Notes under the pieces: model-generated
Told to the model about the DNA's origin: nothing
Databases searched by the model: none
What the model saw: only the letters and a program-made list of their open reading frames with translations
Made by a program: the position numbers and the translations under genes
DNA from: Desemzia incerta
Lineage (GTDB): Bacteria > Bacillota > Bacilli > Lactobacillales > Carnobacteriaceae
Direction of reading: 5' to 3'
Assembly: GCF_900115825.1 (NCBI RefSeq)
Contig: NZ_FOXW01000002.1
Coordinates: forward strand, 51,795 to 91,794
DNA: 40,000 nucleotides
Part shown: positions 16,818 to 27,915 of the stretch, piece by piece
Layout of the letters: every line of letters starts with the position of its first letter
Numbering within the stretch: position 1 is the stretch's first letter

Positions 16818-17303
16818 TTAGTAAATCTCAAGATCATCAAAGGTGTTGGTTTGTTCTAACACACCATCGATTTCAACATTTTTTGGTGTGCAAAGAAAAA
16901 TTTCATTTCCAACACGTTGCATGTCTCCTTCAATGGCATAGATACTTCCCATCAAAAAATCCACTATTTTTTTGGCTTCGCTTTTTTCAATACGGCTAAA
17001 GTTCAAAATAACAGATTGATTCGACAACAGTAAATCTGCAATATCTTTTACTTCCGAGTAGACTCTTGGTTCAACTACGATGATTTTTCCTTGTTGTTGA
17101 ACTTGGCTCAAAGCAACTACATTATTGTTTTTCTTAACTTCTCTTCGTGTATTCATCGCCGGATTACTTCCTTGTCTGTTTGGAAACTGAGGTTTTTGTT
17201 TATTTTTCATCTCATTATTTTCTTGTGCATTGTTTTCGACTTGAAAAGTTTCTTCTTCATCACCCAGCCCAAAAAAATCATTTAATCGGTTTATCATTCC
17301 CAT
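16818..17303 (-). CDS. sepF: Cell division protein SepF
   Basis: 161 aa with the conserved C-terminal SepF domain (VVEPRVYSEVKDIADLLLSNQSVILNF...). SD GAGGAGGG. Confidence 0.9.
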   Translation of the reverse strand: MGMINRLNDFFGLGDEEETFQVENNAQENNEMKNKQKPQFPNRQGSNPAMNTRREVKKNNNVVALSQVQQQGKIIVVEPRVYSEVKDIADLLLSNQSVILNFSRIEKSEAKKIVDFLMGSIYAIEGDMQRVGNEIFLCTPKNVEIDGVLEQTNTFDDLEIY

Positions 17304-17326
17304 TGTAAACCCTCCTCATTCAAAAA

Positions 17327-18022
17327 TTAATCTTCGTCAACAGTAGTATTTTTGAAAAAAGCTGACCCAATACGGACAAAATTAGAACCTTCTTCTATAG
17401 CGATTGGATAGTCTTGACTCATCCCCATACTTAATTCCGTACAAGGAGCGTAGGACAACCCGAGCAATTGAACTTCGTCTCGCAATTGTTTTAACTCACT
17501 AAATGTTTTTCGAATAGTTTGTGTATCAGCATTTTTAGGAGCCATCGTCATCAAACCAATAACAGTTATTTTTTCAAATTGTGCCAAAGAACGAATGAAA
17601 TCCATCACTTCATCAGGAGAAAAACCACTTTTAGAGTCTTCTCCAGCTACATTCACTTGTACGAAACAAGAAACAGGCTTTTCAGCTCGTTTTTCTATTT
17701 CTTCCGCCAAAGACATACGATCTAAAGAATGTAAATAATCAATACGATTGATCACTTTTTTTACTTTTCTAGTCTGAAGTGATCCAATATAATGCCAGAC
17801 AATACTGTCGTCTTGTAAAGCTTCTTGTTTCGCGATCAAACCTTCTGGTCTATTTTCTCCCAAATCTTTGTAACCTAATGATACTACCTCTTTAGCCTGT
17901 TCAATGGATACATATTTTGTTACGACTACAACACGAAGACCAACTCTATCACGTTGAGCTTCTCTAAGTGATTTTCCTAGTTGATCTTCTATGCTGTGAA
18001 CATTTTGTTCAATGGTGTTCAT
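17327..18022 (-). CDS. yggS: YggS family pyridoxal phosphate homeostasis protein (YlmE)
   Basis: 231 aa, VVVTKY...GENRPEG..., alanine-racemase N-terminal-like fold family. It lies directly after ftsZ. Confidence 0.9.
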   Translation of the reverse strand: MNTIEQNVHSIEDQLGKSLREAQRDRVGLRVVVVTKYVSIEQAKEVVSLGYKDLGENRPEGLIAKQEALQDDSIVWHYIGSLQTRKVKKVINRIDYLHSLDRMSLAEEIEKRAEKPVSCFVQVNVAGEDSKSGFSPDEVMDFIRSLAQFEKITVIGLMTMAPKNADTQTIRKTFSELKQLRDEVQLLGLSYAPCTELSMGMSQDYPIAIEEGSNFVRIGSAFFKNTTVDED

Positions 18023-18025
18023 TTT

Positions 18026-19285
18026 TTACTTCCGTCTTCTTCTGAAGAAAGGAGGTGTATCTAGGCTGTCTTGAGGCATTTCTTTTTTCTCTTCTGGCGC
18101 TGTCTCTCGGTTTGATGAATTGAAATCATGATTATCCTCTTCATTGAAAGAAGCTGGCTCTTCTGTTTGTACTGTACGGCTGCGTGTATTCGGTTCGCGA
18201 CGGATATCCCAATCAGCAAACGGATCTTTTTCTCTCGTTTCTCGGTTTGAGTCATTGGTTTGTTGTCCGCGATTTGAAGATGGTTGAACACGATTGCGCG
18301 TGTTTTGAGCTAACCGCTTGTCTGATTCCGTTGTATCGATTCCTGTAGCAATAACAGTTACCACAACTTCGTCTCCTAATTCTTCATTGATTGAAGTACC
18401 AAAGATAATATTCACTTCAGTAGTAGATGCCGCTGAAACAATGTCTGAAGCATCTTGCGCTTCAAATAATGTCAAATCTGATCCCCCTGTAATGTTCAAC
18501 AATACTGATTCTGCTCCATCAATAGAAACTTCTAACAATGGTGAAGAGATAGCTTTCTTAGTTGCTTCTACAGTACGATTTTCTCCGCTTGCTGTACCAA
18601 TACCCATTAAAGCAGATCCTTGATTTTCCATTACGGTTTTAACATCCGCAAAGTCCAAGTTTACGTATCCAGGAGAAGTGATTAAATCAGAGATTCCTTG
18701 TACTCCTTGACGCAATACATTATCTGCTTCACGGAAGGCTTCCAACATAGGTGTCTTTTTGTCCACGATTTCTAATAAACGGTTGTTTGAAATCGTTACT
18801 AATGTATCTACGTATTCTTTCATTTGAGCTAAACCTTCAGCAGCGAAACGGCCACGTTTTGGTCCTTCAAATGAAAATGGTCGTGTAATCACTCCAACAG
18901 TCAAAGCTCCTTGCTCTTTAGCAATACGAGCAACGATAGGTGCAGCACCTGTACCAGTACCTCCACCCATTCCTGCAGTAACAAAGATCATATCTGCTCC
19001 TTTTAGAGAGTCTGCGATTTGTTCTGCACTTTCTTCAGCGGCTTTATGGCCAATATCTGGATTTGCCCCTGCTCCTAAACCACGTGTCAGTTTAGGTCCA
19101 AGTTGAATTTTTGTTTCAGCGTTTGAATTTGCCAAAGCTTGTAAATCTGTGTTGGCTACAATAAATTCCACGCCTTTTACGTTATCCATGATCATACGGT
19201 TTACTGCATTGTTACCTGCTCCACCCACACCAATTACTTTAATGACAGCTCCACTTACTGGTGCTGTATCGAATTCTAAGTCCAT
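18026..19285 (-). CDS. ftsZ: Cell division protein FtsZ
   Basis: 419 aa. Tubulin signature [10 protein letters not shown]. Disordered linker and conserved C-terminal peptide [11 protein letters not shown]. Confidence 0.99.
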   Translation of the reverse strand: MDLEFDTAPVSGAVIKVIGVGGAGNNAVNRMIMDNVKGVEFIVANTDLQALANSNAETKIQLGPKLTRGLGAGANPDIGHKAAEESAEQIADSLKGADMIFVTAGMGGGTGTGAAPIVARIAKEQGALTVGVITRPFSFEGPKRGRFAAEGLAQMKEYVDTLVTISNNRLLEIVDKKTPMLEAFREADNVLRQGVQGISDLITSPGYVNLDFADVKTVMENQGSALMGIGTASGENRTVEATKKAISSPLLEVSIDGAESVLLNITGGSDLTLFEAQDASDIVSAASTTEVNIIFGTSINEELGDEVVVTVIATGIDTTESDKRLAQNTRNRVQPSSNRGQQTNDSNRETREKDPFADWDIRREPNTRSRTVQTEEPASFNEEDNHDFNSSNRETAPEEKKEMPQDSLDTPPFFRRRRK

Positions 19286-19326
19286 CTTGTTTCCTCCTAC
19301 TATCTGATTGGTTTCATTTTTTTAGT

Positions 19327-20655
19327 TTAATCAAAGAAGTTATTGAACATTTTTTTCATTTTTGAAAACATGCTTTCTTCTTGGTTCTTTTGCTTTTTAA
19401 CTACTTGTTTCTTTTCAACATATTCCCCTGCATCTTCTTCTGCATACATTGGAACAACTGTCTGTTCTTGTGAAAAAGAAGGATTTTGATTGAATCCTGT
19501 TGCAGTTTGGTTGGCAATCTTTTGAATATCATTTAGTTTTGCTTGATATTCGATCAACCCAATACCGGTTGTAAAGGAAGGATATCTGATTCCCATATGA
19601 TCTGGAATGTATAATTTTACATTCACTTCAAATATCTCTTTTGCCAATTCTACCATACCTGGTATAGAAGATGCTCCTCCAGTTAAAACGATACCCCCAG
19701 GCAGCTCTCTAGCTCTGACTGAGTCCAACTCTTCTTTTATAGTCTCAAATATTTGGACCAGACGAGCTTCTATAATCTCAGATAAATACAATTCATTCAC
19801 TTTTACTGGTTCTGTTTTACCGACCACTTCGACCGGGAAGACCTCATCCTCTGAAGCTTCAAGAGAAGTAGCATAACCAAAGTCACGCTTTATTTTTTCG
19901 GCATTCTCTAAGCTTGTATTCAATACAATGGAAATATCTTTTGTGACATATTCTCCACCTTCAGGATCAACAAATGAAAACTTCAATTGATTGTCATGAA
20001 TAACTGAAGCAGCAGTTTGGCCGCCTCCCATGTCAATCAATATCGTTCCAAAATCTCTTTCACCGCTTGACATACTTACTTTACTGGCTGCCAAAGGCTG
20101 GAGAACAATGTTTTCAATGTTTAATCCCGCTTTTTCCACACAACGTTTAATGTTATGTACAATGGTTTTAGGTCCAGTGATCATTGTGGCATGCATTTCA
20201 AGTCTGACACCGATCATTCCCCTAGGATCTTTTATACCATCAAATCCATCTACGATAAACTCTTCTGGAATAATAGCCAATATTTCACGTTCTGGAGGAA
20301 CGGATTTGACCATTGCTGCGCTGATCGTATTTCGTACATCTTCGTCTGTAATTTCTTTATTTTCACCTGATACTGCAATCATTCCATGACAGGTTTCAAT
20401 TTCTGTAGATGTACTTTGAGTTCCTACGATAACGTTGCGAATATCAACATTAGCTTTTTTTTCTGCTTGTTTAATCGCTTTCTTCACAGATTCCACAGTT
20501 TTATCGATATCCACTATGATACCTCTGCTTAGACCTTCAGATTTTTCATTTCCAACTCCAATAATATTCATTTGTCCATTAATATACTCGGCTACAACAA
20601 CCTTTATTGAAGTGGTTCCAATATCTAAACTAACATACATCTCAGAATTCCTCAT
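19327..20655 (-). CDS. ftsA: Cell division protein FtsA
   Basis: ATG 20655 (MRNSEMYVSLDIGTTSIKVVV) lies 9 nt after SD AGGAGG. Actin-like ATPase fold motifs. The 10-codon track extension would include the SD. Confidence 0.97.
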   Translation of the reverse strand: MRNSEMYVSLDIGTTSIKVVVAEYINGQMNIIGVGNEKSEGLSRGIIVDIDKTVESVKKAIKQAEKKANVDIRNVIVGTQSTSTEIETCHGMIAVSGENKEITDEDVRNTISAAMVKSVPPEREILAIIPEEFIVDGFDGIKDPRGMIGVRLEMHATMITGPKTIVHNIKRCVEKAGLNIENIVLQPLAASKVSMSSGERDFGTILIDMGGGQTAASVIHDNQLKFSFVDPEGGEYVTKDISIVLNTSLENAEKIKRDFGYATSLEASEDEVFPVEVVGKTEPVKVNELYLSEIIEARLVQIFETIKEELDSVRARELPGGIVLTGGASSIPGMVELAKEIFEVNVKLYIPDHMGIRYPSFTTGIGLIEYQAKLNDIQKIANQTATGFNQNPSFSQEQTVVPMYAEEDAGEYVEKKQVVKKQKNQEESMFSKMKKMFNNFFD

Positions 20656-20732
20656 ACATTGAAACCTCCTAGCTTTAAATTTCAACTTTTATCTATTTTT
20701 AATGATGATTTATACAAAATCAATTCTACCAT

Positions 20733-20762
20733 ACTTTACGCTATTTTTTGAAGCTATTCCTT
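20733..20762 (-). promoter_or_regulatory. Putative ftsA-ftsZ promoter (extended -10)
   Basis: The minus strand reads TTCAAA, an 18-nt spacer, then TAGAAT. TGG directly precedes TAGAAT (TGGTAGAAT at 20741-20733), giving the extended -10. Confidence 0.35.
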
Positions 20763-20836
20763 TAGTTTACTGATTATTTTAAAAAAAATCTTGATTTATT
20801 TTTTTAAGAGTCTAAGAATTTCATTTGATACTTATC

Positions 20837-21739
20837 TCATTCTTCGACCACTTCCTCAATCTCTTGAGAAACCTCAGGATTTTCTTCTGCAGACTTTTCT
20901 TTTGAATCAGATGTGTCAGATTCAAAAGGTGTGAAATAGCCCCCAACTTCAAGATTGAACAGACCATTTTGGTCTCCAACTTTTTGCACCATATCTGGAT
21001 AATAATTCATTTTCTCAGCAAAGCTGGGCAATGTAGCTACTACTTGGTTTCCGTCATTCATATAAATTTTGATTAAATATTCATCTGTTTCCGTCGGAGT
21101 ATGTTCAATCTCAGAGATACCGTTTTGTACACTGGTATTCAGCAATTTATATTGCTCGATCAATATATCCAATGCTTTACCTTCTGAAAAATCTTTGAAG
21201 ATGGGATTGTTGCCCATTGAGACTTTCTTGCTTTCATTTACAATCTTTCCGTTTTCCAATATCGGGAAATAATCATCTTTTATATGAGAATAGGCGATCA
21301 TTTTGTATTCTTCTACTGTAACCACGATATTGTTCCACCCTTGACGTTTTACATCAGCTGATTTTACTTGAGGAATATCCAACACAGCTTTTTCTGTTTC
21401 TTCATCATTCCATAAAGTAGTCCACAATGGCATTCCAGATGACAGTTGACTAGAGTCGATCACTTGTTGATCAGTCACGTTTTTGCTTCCATCCACCGAA
21501 ATTGTGCCTACTTTACTTAACGGAGAAATGAAATATACGACAATTAAGATTGCACATGAAAACAGCAAAAGTAACGGAATCAACCGTCGATACATTTTAC
21601 TTCGGCGCTGTTTTTTCAATTTGGGTAAATTTTCTTCCAAACTGCGCGCAGAATTAGAAGATTTTCTTGCATTGTTCAAGGAGGAGTCTCCAGGAAAATT
21701 GCTATTCATTTTGGGTTTATTTTTTTTGAATGAATTCAT
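20837..21739 (-). CDS. divIB: Cell division protein DivIB/FtsQ
   Basis: 300 aa. Basic N-terminus, single TM (LIPLLLLFSCAILIVVYFI), POTRA/FtsQ-type extracellular domain. Sits between murG and ftsA. Confidence 0.85.
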   Translation of the reverse strand: MNSFKKNKPKMNSNFPGDSSLNNARKSSNSARSLEENLPKLKKQRRSKMYRRLIPLLLLFSCAILIVVYFISPLSKVGTISVDGSKNVTDQQVIDSSQLSSGMPLWTTLWNDEETEKAVLDIPQVKSADVKRQGWNNIVVTVEEYKMIAYSHIKDDYFPILENGKIVNESKKVSMGNNPIFKDFSEGKALDILIEQYKLLNTSVQNGISEIEHTPTETDEYLIKIYMNDGNQVVATLPSFAEKMNYYPDMVQKVGDQNGLFNLEVGGYFTPFESDTSDSKEKSAEENPEVSQEIEEVVEE

Positions 21740-21769
21740 CTTGGATCATCCTCCTTCCAATGGATTTGA

Positions 21770-22858
21770 TTAGACAATATCTTTGATTACTTGAATCAAT
21801 CGGTCTGCAGCATCTGGAACTCCGATTTTTTCAGCTTGTCGAGACATTTCTATTCTTTTTTCTGGATCATTCATCAATTCATCAATCGTTTGAATGAATG
21901 TTTCTGTAGTCAAATCTTTTTCAGCGATCATTTTAGCCGCATCATGCTTCACTAAACTGTTCGCATTGCTTGTTTGATGATCGTTAGTCACGATTGGACT
22001 TGGAATTAAGATACTAGGAAGCCCCAGTGCAGTAACTTCTGCTAGTGTCGTTGCACCACTTCTAGAAACTACTACTGAAACATTGGCAAATATTTCTGGC
22101 ATATTAGGGATATAAGGAACAATTGAAATGTTTTCAGTCGCTTCTCCAATTTGTTCGACTATTGTATCGTAGTGGACTTCTCCAGACGCAAATAATACTT
22201 GATAGTCTTTCTTGGAAAAAGCAGGTATTGCCTCAACAAAAGACGTATTGATTGCTTTCGCTCCTCTACTGCCTCCAAAAATCAGTACAGTTGGAACTCC
22301 AGGTTTAAGATTGTATTCTTTCAAAGCATCAGACGGCTGAATACCAGCTACTTCTTGAGCTCTAGGATTACCTGTATAAACTACTTTAGAAGAATTTTTA
22401 CCAAACTCTGACTGTGCTTCTTCAAAACAAGTGGCGATTTTGTCCACGTAGCGAGCTAAGAATTTGTTTGTTACACCAGCTATACTGTTTTGTTCATGGA
22501 TGATTGTAGGAATCCCTAGTTTCGCTGCTGCGTACACTACTGGACCACACACATATCCTCCAGTACCAATCACTACATCAGGTGCAAACTCTTTAACGAT
22601 TTTTCTAGCTTTAAAAATTCCTTGTAAAAACAGTTGAACAGTTTTTATGTTATCTAAGGATAAAGAACGCTTGAACCCCTCTACTTTAATAGCTTTAAAA
22701 GGGACGCCAGCATTTGGCACGATCGTACTCTCCAATCCACGCTCTGTTCCAACATATAAAAACTCTGTAGTGGGATCGATACTCTTTAATCTTCTCATTA
22801 AGGCTAAAGCAGGATAAATGTGGCCTCCTGTTCCTCCGCCTGATAATAGTACTTTCAT
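21770..22858 (-). CDS. murG: UDP-N-acetylglucosamine--N-acetylmuramyl-(pentapeptide) pyrophosphoryl-undecaprenol GlcNAc transferase
   Basis: 362 aa, [19 protein letters not shown]... Confidence 0.97.
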   Translation of the reverse strand: MKVLLSGGGTGGHIYPALALMRRLKSIDPTTEFLYVGTERGLESTIVPNAGVPFKAIKVEGFKRSLSLDNIKTVQLFLQGIFKARKIVKEFAPDVVIGTGGYVCGPVVYAAAKLGIPTIIHEQNSIAGVTNKFLARYVDKIATCFEEAQSEFGKNSSKVVYTGNPRAQEVAGIQPSDALKEYNLKPGVPTVLIFGGSRGAKAINTSFVEAIPAFSKKDYQVLFASGEVHYDTIVEQIGEATENISIVPYIPNMPEIFANVSVVVSRSGATTLAEVTALGLPSILIPSPIVTNDHQTSNANSLVKHDAAKMIAEKDLTTETFIQTIDELMNDPEKRIEMSRQAEKIGVPDAADRLIQVIKDIV

Positions 22859-22884
22859 GTAAATGTAAGACCTGTGTAAAAGGT

Positions 22885-24264
22885 CTATTCCCCCTCTTCT
22901 ATATTGGCAATCAGTTGTTCAATGGCGTCGATAAACGCATCTCCCCGCACTTCAAAACTGCGGTATTGATTCCAACTAGCACATGCTGGCGACAAGAGAA
23001 CAACATCTCCCTCTTCACTCATGTCATAAGCGACTGGTACTGCTGCTTCAACATTTTGCACGGTTACAATCGATGGTACACCAGCTTCTTCTCCAGCTTG
23101 AGTCAACTTAGCAGCCGTTTCACCATAAACGATTAACCCCTTGACTTGTTTGAGATGCGGCACCAAATCATCAAAATCATTTCCACGATCTAATCCACCA
23201 GCTACCAAAATTACTGGCTGCGTAAATCCATTTAGAGCATTAATGGTTGCTAATGTATTCGTTGCTTTTGAATCGTTATAGAATTTTCTGCCTTTATAGT
23301 CTCTAACAAATTGAGTCCGATGTTTTACGCCGGCAAATGACGCTAACACTTCTTTGATGACAGGTGTTTCTTGTCCCATCAATTTAGCAACTGCAATAGC
23401 TGCCATGGCATTTTCCAGATTGTGTTCTCCTGGAACTAGGATATCTTTTTTATTCATGATTGGTTCATTTAAATAGTAAATGGTCTCTCCACTAAGGAAT
23501 ACGCCGTTTTCTACCATTTCTTGTCTCGAGAAAGGAATAACAGTAGCTTTGCTGGCAAGTGCCAATTCTCTTAACTCCGGTTGATCCCAATTTACGACTA
23601 GATAATCTTCTTCGGTTTGATTTTTTGTGATTTGCATTTTAGCTGCCACATATTCTTCTCTCGTTCCATGATAATCCAAGTGAGCTGAATAAATATTGGT
23701 GATTACCGCTATATGTGGTTTAAACGTCGTTGTACCTAATAATTGGAAACTGGATAATTCCATAATAATAGCATCTTCATCGGCTACATCTTGAACCACT
23801 AAACTCGCAGGAGTTCCTATATTCCCTGCCACGTAGGCTTTCCCACGCTGTTGTTTGCTGTTTAACAAATCAGCGATCATCGTCGTTGTGGTTGTTTTTC
23901 CATTTGTTCCTGTGATTCCTACAATAGGACATTGCGCCACTTCATAAGCCAATTGAACTTCTGTCAGTACCGGAATGCCTTTTTCCATTGCTTTAGCAAC
24001 GATTGGGTTATTGTACATAATTCCAGGATTTTTCACTACAAATTCAAAGTCTTCATCTAATAACTCGACTGGATGCCCTCCTGTTACTACTCGCATCCCA
24101 TCTTCTAAAAGTTCTTGTGCTTCAGTATTGTCTTCAAAACTTTTGTAGTCATTAACCGTGACCAATGCGCCTAATTTGTGCAAAAGTTTTGCAGCATTCA
24201 CACCACTTAAGGCTAAACCTAATACTAATACTTTTTTATTTTTATATGTCGTTACATTTTTCAC
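22885..24264 (-). CDS. murD: UDP-N-acetylmuramoylalanine--D-glutamate ligase
   Basis: 459 aa, GTG start 6 nt after SD GGAGGA. GLALSG and [11 protein letters not shown] motifs. Confidence 0.97.
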   Translation of the reverse strand: MKNVTTYKNKKVLVLGLALSGVNAAKLLHKLGALVTVNDYKSFEDNTEAQELLEDGMRVVTGGHPVELLDEDFEFVVKNPGIMYNNPIVAKAMEKGIPVLTEVQLAYEVAQCPIVGITGTNGKTTTTTMIADLLNSKQQRGKAYVAGNIGTPASLVVQDVADEDAIIMELSSFQLLGTTTFKPHIAVITNIYSAHLDYHGTREEYVAAKMQITKNQTEEDYLVVNWDQPELRELALASKATVIPFSRQEMVENGVFLSGETIYYLNEPIMNKKDILVPGEHNLENAMAAIAVAKLMGQETPVIKEVLASFAGVKHRTQFVRDYKGRKFYNDSKATNTLATINALNGFTQPVILVAGGLDRGNDFDDLVPHLKQVKGLIVYGETAAKLTQAGEEAGVPSIVTVQNVEAAVPVAYDMSEEGDVVLLSPACASWNQYRSFEVRGDAFIDAIEQLIANIEEGE

Positions 24265-24291
24265 CCAAAATCCTCCATTGCTGTTTAATTG

Positions 24292-25257
24292 TTAAAGTAC
24301 GATCCATAAAGCAATTAGGGCCATTAGTAAACCAATCGTCCAAAAAGTAATGACGATTCTCCATTCGCTCCAGCCGCTCATTTCAAAATGGTGGTGAATA
24401 GGCGCCATTTTGAATACACGTTTATTTCTTAACTTAACCGATCCCACTTGCAAAATGACCGATAAGGTTTCTACGATAAAAATCAGGCCGATCAACAATA
24501 ATGTCCATTCTTGATGCAATAATACAGATACAGCAGCAAGTCCGCCACCAAGTGCTAATGAACCTACATCACCCATAAATATTCTCGCAGGCTTTTTGTT
24601 GAACCCTAAAAATCCTATTAACCCACCGATTACTGCTAAACAAAAGATTAATACATCTATTTGTTCTTGGTGGAACGCTATTATTGCATATGCTGAATAC
24701 GCTATGATACTTGTTCCAGTAGCCAGCCCGTCTAATCCATCTGTCAAGTTGACTGCATTTGAAAATCCAACCAGCCAAAAAATGATGACTAACCCATAAA
24801 ACCAGCCTAAACTCACATCAGCTAATCCAAACAAATTCAACTCGCTAGGCAATCCTTGCATTCGGTAAACAATGTAGAATAAAGCTCCGCCTACTACTTG
24901 GCCGATGAATTTTTGCGCTGACGTAAGACCTAAGTTTCTTTTTTTGATCAATTTGATGTAATCATCTAAAAATCCTAATAATCCATATAACATCAGAATA
25001 AATACCAACAAGCCTAAACTGACTGTAAATGCATTCTGCCAGATGGCTGTCCATATAATCGTTGCACTGGCAGAAATCAAAAAGACGACTCCTCCCATTG
25101 TTGGAGTTCCTGTTTTTACTTCGTGCCATGTCGGACCTTCTTCTCTAGTTGTCTGTCCTAATTGTTTTGTTCTAAAATACCCTATGATAAAAGGCATTAA
25201 AATTATTGTTATTGCAAAACTGCTTACTGCTGAAATCAGCATTTCTTCCCACTGCAT
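24292..25257 (-). CDS. mraY: Phospho-N-acetylmuramoyl-pentapeptide transferase
   Basis: 321-aa polytopic membrane protein with NAVNLTDGLDGLA and MGDVGSLALGG motifs. Confidence 0.98.
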   Translation of the reverse strand: MQWEEMLISAVSSFAITIILMPFIIGYFRTKQLGQTTREEGPTWHEVKTGTPTMGGVVFLISASATIIWTAIWQNAFTVSLGLLVFILMLYGLLGFLDDYIKLIKKRNLGLTSAQKFIGQVVGGALFYIVYRMQGLPSELNLFGLADVSLGWFYGLVIIFWLVGFSNAVNLTDGLDGLATGTSIIAYSAYAIIAFHQEQIDVLIFCLAVIGGLIGFLGFNKKPARIFMGDVGSLALGGGLAAVSVLLHQEWTLLLIGLIFIVETLSVILQVGSVKLRNKRVFKMAPIHHHFEMSGWSEWRIVITFWTIGLLMALIALWIVL

Positions 25258-25350
25258 ATGATCGCTCCTAATTTTTACTTTTTAACAGATTGCCTTTTTC
25301 CTGCTACGAAGTCAAGACCTGTTTACTTTACAACTAAAATCTCCTTATGA

Positions 25351-27510
25351 TTAAGGAGATTCCAGTTTGATTTCAATTAGACTTTCTTCTGTCAAAAGAG
25401 CATTAGGTTCTAAACTTTGCTGCGTAACGTAACCATCACCATCAAAGGTAAATTCTATACCTGTGATTTCAGAAACCTTCAACACATCGTTTTTCGACCA
25501 TCCCGTCATATCAGGCATAGTCATTGCTCCATTTGTCATCAGAATGACTCGTTGTTCATCAATGATCACTTCATCAGTCAATGGCAATTGCTGTACTATT
25601 GTATCACCATTTCCAACAACGGTCACGTTCAAACCCATTTCTTCTAATTTTGTTAACACGTCATTTTTAGGCTCGCTGGTTACTTTAGGCATCTTGATTT
25701 GATTGTCTAATGCTTCTTGAGCAGTATCGTTCAAATGCAGGTATTCCAATCCCCTCTTCATCACGGGATTAAAAATTGAAGCTAAAGCATCAGAAGGAGC
25801 AACCGTGTAATCAGTGATTGTAGGACGTTCCATTGTGATATACAACACTAGTTCAGGATCATCAGCTGGTGCCATTCCAACTACTGAATATAAGAAATTG
25901 TGCCCCCCACTGAAATAGCTCTTCGTTTTAGGGTTGTAAATTTGAGCGGTCCCGGTTTTAGCTGCAATCTCATATCCATCGATTGCATACTTTTTCCCCG
26001 TCCCATTCTCGTTATACACAACTTCTTTTAAGTATTCTAACGTTTGTTGAGCAGATTCTTCTGAAACAGGGTTCCCAACTACTTCCGGCTCTACGATGGT
26101 TTCTTTTCCCGTATTGGGATCAACATATTTATCAATAAATTGAGGCTTCATCATTTGTCCACCATTTGCAATAGCACTAAAGGCTTGCATCATTTGCAGC
26201 GGCGTGACGGTCAATCCTTGTCCAAAAGCCGTATTTGCTTGATCAATAGCTCTCTTATAATTATTTGAACCTTTATTTTCATGAGGCAATCCTGAATTGG
26301 TTGATTTTCCTATACCAAAAGCATCCATATACTCTTTCCAGACATCTGCACCCATTTTTTCGACAATTTTTACAAACGCAACGTTACTGGAACGAGCCAG
26401 TCCTTCTAAATAAGTGATCGTCCCCCATCCTGTACGATTGACATCTCGAATAGGTATCCCGGACACTTTGATCATACCGGACTCAAAATAAGCGTTAGGG
26501 TCAAAAGCTTTTTCGTTTATGGCGGAAGCTAACGTCAAGGCTTTTAAAGTAGATCCCGGTTCATAAGTGTATTCGGTTAGTAAGTTCATCCATAAATCAC
26601 TGATACCTTCTTTTGTCGTTCCATTAAAAGAAGGTCGCTGAGAAGTCGCTATGATTTTACCTGTTTTCGGGTCCATCAGCGTTGCTGTCAAAGCCACTGG
26701 ATTGTATTTTTCATCTACTTCCGTCATCAAACTTTCTAACAGAACCTGCATACGTTTGTCTAGCGTCAGATAAATATCCATTCCATCAACTGGATCAATC
26801 ACCTCAGCGTCTTCATTAGGCAATGCGTAACCGAAACTATCTTTTTGATATTTTAATTTTCCATCCGTTCCAGTCAATTGGTCATTGTAAGCTTGTTCGA
26901 TCCCCATAATACCGACCATTTCTTCATCGACTTTTACTTCACCTTCTTTAGTTGTCGGAAGCTGTGCTACACCAACTAAATGAGAAGAGAATATTCCGTT
27001 GGGATACAACCGAGTAGGAGTCTCTTTGAAAAAGATACCTGACAAATCATGTTTTTCGATGTCGCTTTTGATTTCGTAGGATAAATTTTTCCCTGCTGTC
27101 CCAAATTCAACTTGGCTCAAATCTTGACTCAACTTCTTGAAGATTTCTTCTTCACTCATTGAAATGTATTGGGCTAGGATCTCAGCAGTTTTCTGCTTAT
27201 TGGTTACGTGTTGAGGATTTTTCTTATTATTCGACCACTCATCTGTCAGTACAGCATATAATGAATAAGAAGTAGCATCCATAGCGACCGGATTCCCCCC
27301 TACATCATAGATGGTACCACGGTTAGCTTCAAGGACACTACTTCTTGTATATAGATTATTCACATTGGTCTCTAAATTTTCCCCGTTAACTTCCCCTTTG
27401 ACCATTATATATGAGAATCGTCCAGCAAATATGACAAATGCTAAGATAGATCCAAAAAATAAGAAAATGGCAATTAATTTTCTATTTGTTAAGGGACTTC
27501 TTTTTTTCAT
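25351..27510 (-). CDS. pbpB: Penicillin-binding protein 2B (division transpeptidase, FtsI-like) with two C-terminal PASTA domains
   Basis: 719 aa. N-terminal TM anchor, then the transpeptidase motifs STLK (in EPGSTLKALT), SSN (in ARSSNVAF) and KTGTA, and a tandem PASTA tail. The start overlaps the ftsL stop (ATGA). Confidence 0.93.
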   Translation of the reverse strand: MKKRSPLTNRKLIAIFLFFGSILAFVIFAGRFSYIMVKGEVNGENLETNVNNLYTRSSVLEANRGTIYDVGGNPVAMDATSYSLYAVLTDEWSNNKKNPQHVTNKQKTAEILAQYISMSEEEIFKKLSQDLSQVEFGTAGKNLSYEIKSDIEKHDLSGIFFKETPTRLYPNGIFSSHLVGVAQLPTTKEGEVKVDEEMVGIMGIEQAYNDQLTGTDGKLKYQKDSFGYALPNEDAEVIDPVDGMDIYLTLDKRMQVLLESLMTEVDEKYNPVALTATLMDPKTGKIIATSQRPSFNGTTKEGISDLWMNLLTEYTYEPGSTLKALTLASAINEKAFDPNAYFESGMIKVSGIPIRDVNRTGWGTITYLEGLARSSNVAFVKIVEKMGADVWKEYMDAFGIGKSTNSGLPHENKGSNNYKRAIDQANTAFGQGLTVTPLQMMQAFSAIANGGQMMKPQFIDKYVDPNTGKETIVEPEVVGNPVSEESAQQTLEYLKEVVYNENGTGKKYAIDGYEIAAKTGTAQIYNPKTKSYFSGGHNFLYSVVGMAPADDPELVLYITMERPTITDYTVAPSDALASIFNPVMKRGLEYLHLNDTAQEALDNQIKMPKVTSEPKNDVLTKLEEMGLNVTVVGNGDTIVQQLPLTDEVIIDEQRVILMTNGAMTMPDMTGWSKNDVLKVSEITGIEFTFDGDGYVTQQSLEPNALLTEESLIEIKLESP

Positions 27511-27887
27511 TTCGTAACATTCCTAACATTTTCTTCATTCATTTCCAACCCGTGAGCTTTAGCAATTTCATACACTCGATCGTAACGTGACAATTCTTGT
27601 ACTTCTTGCTCTAAATTAGTATTCATAACCGCAACTTCTTCAATAGCTCGATTTGTATCTTGCACTTCTCTGTTCGCAGTAGCAACCATGATTTCCAACG
27701 ACACACAAGCTACTCCTAAAGCAAAGATGATCATACTAGCCACAACTAATAATACCTTTTCAACTTTTAAATGACGCTGTTGTTTTGGCTCAGGAGTCTG
27801 AATAGGTTGTTGTTTAGGTTGGACTTGCGGTGCTGTTTGAGGCATTACGCTATGTAAATCCCTTGCTAAATTATTTTCTGCTGCCAT
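27507..27887 (-). CDS. ftsL: Cell division protein FtsL
   Basis: 126 aa, single TM, coiled coil. Conserved slot between rsmH and pbp2B. Confidence 0.8.
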   Translation of the reverse strand: MAAENNLARDLHSVMPQTAPQVQPKQQPIQTPEPKQQRHLKVEKVLLVVASMIIFALGVACVSLEIMVATANREVQDTNRAIEEVAVMNTNLEQEVQELSRYDRVYEIAKAHGLEMNEENVRNVTK

Positions 27888-27915
27888 ACAATAACTTCCT
27901 TTCCCATCTAAGTAA

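Noticed and set aside
14201-20662. Many 60-120-aa ORFs antisense to or nested in ileS, divIVA, ylmH, sepF, yggS, ftsZ and ftsA (for example 14201..14383, 15071..15370, 16053..16379, 18318..18623, 20030..20389)
   Set aside because: These are shadow ORFs inside confidently identified conserved genes. They have low-complexity translations and no SDs.
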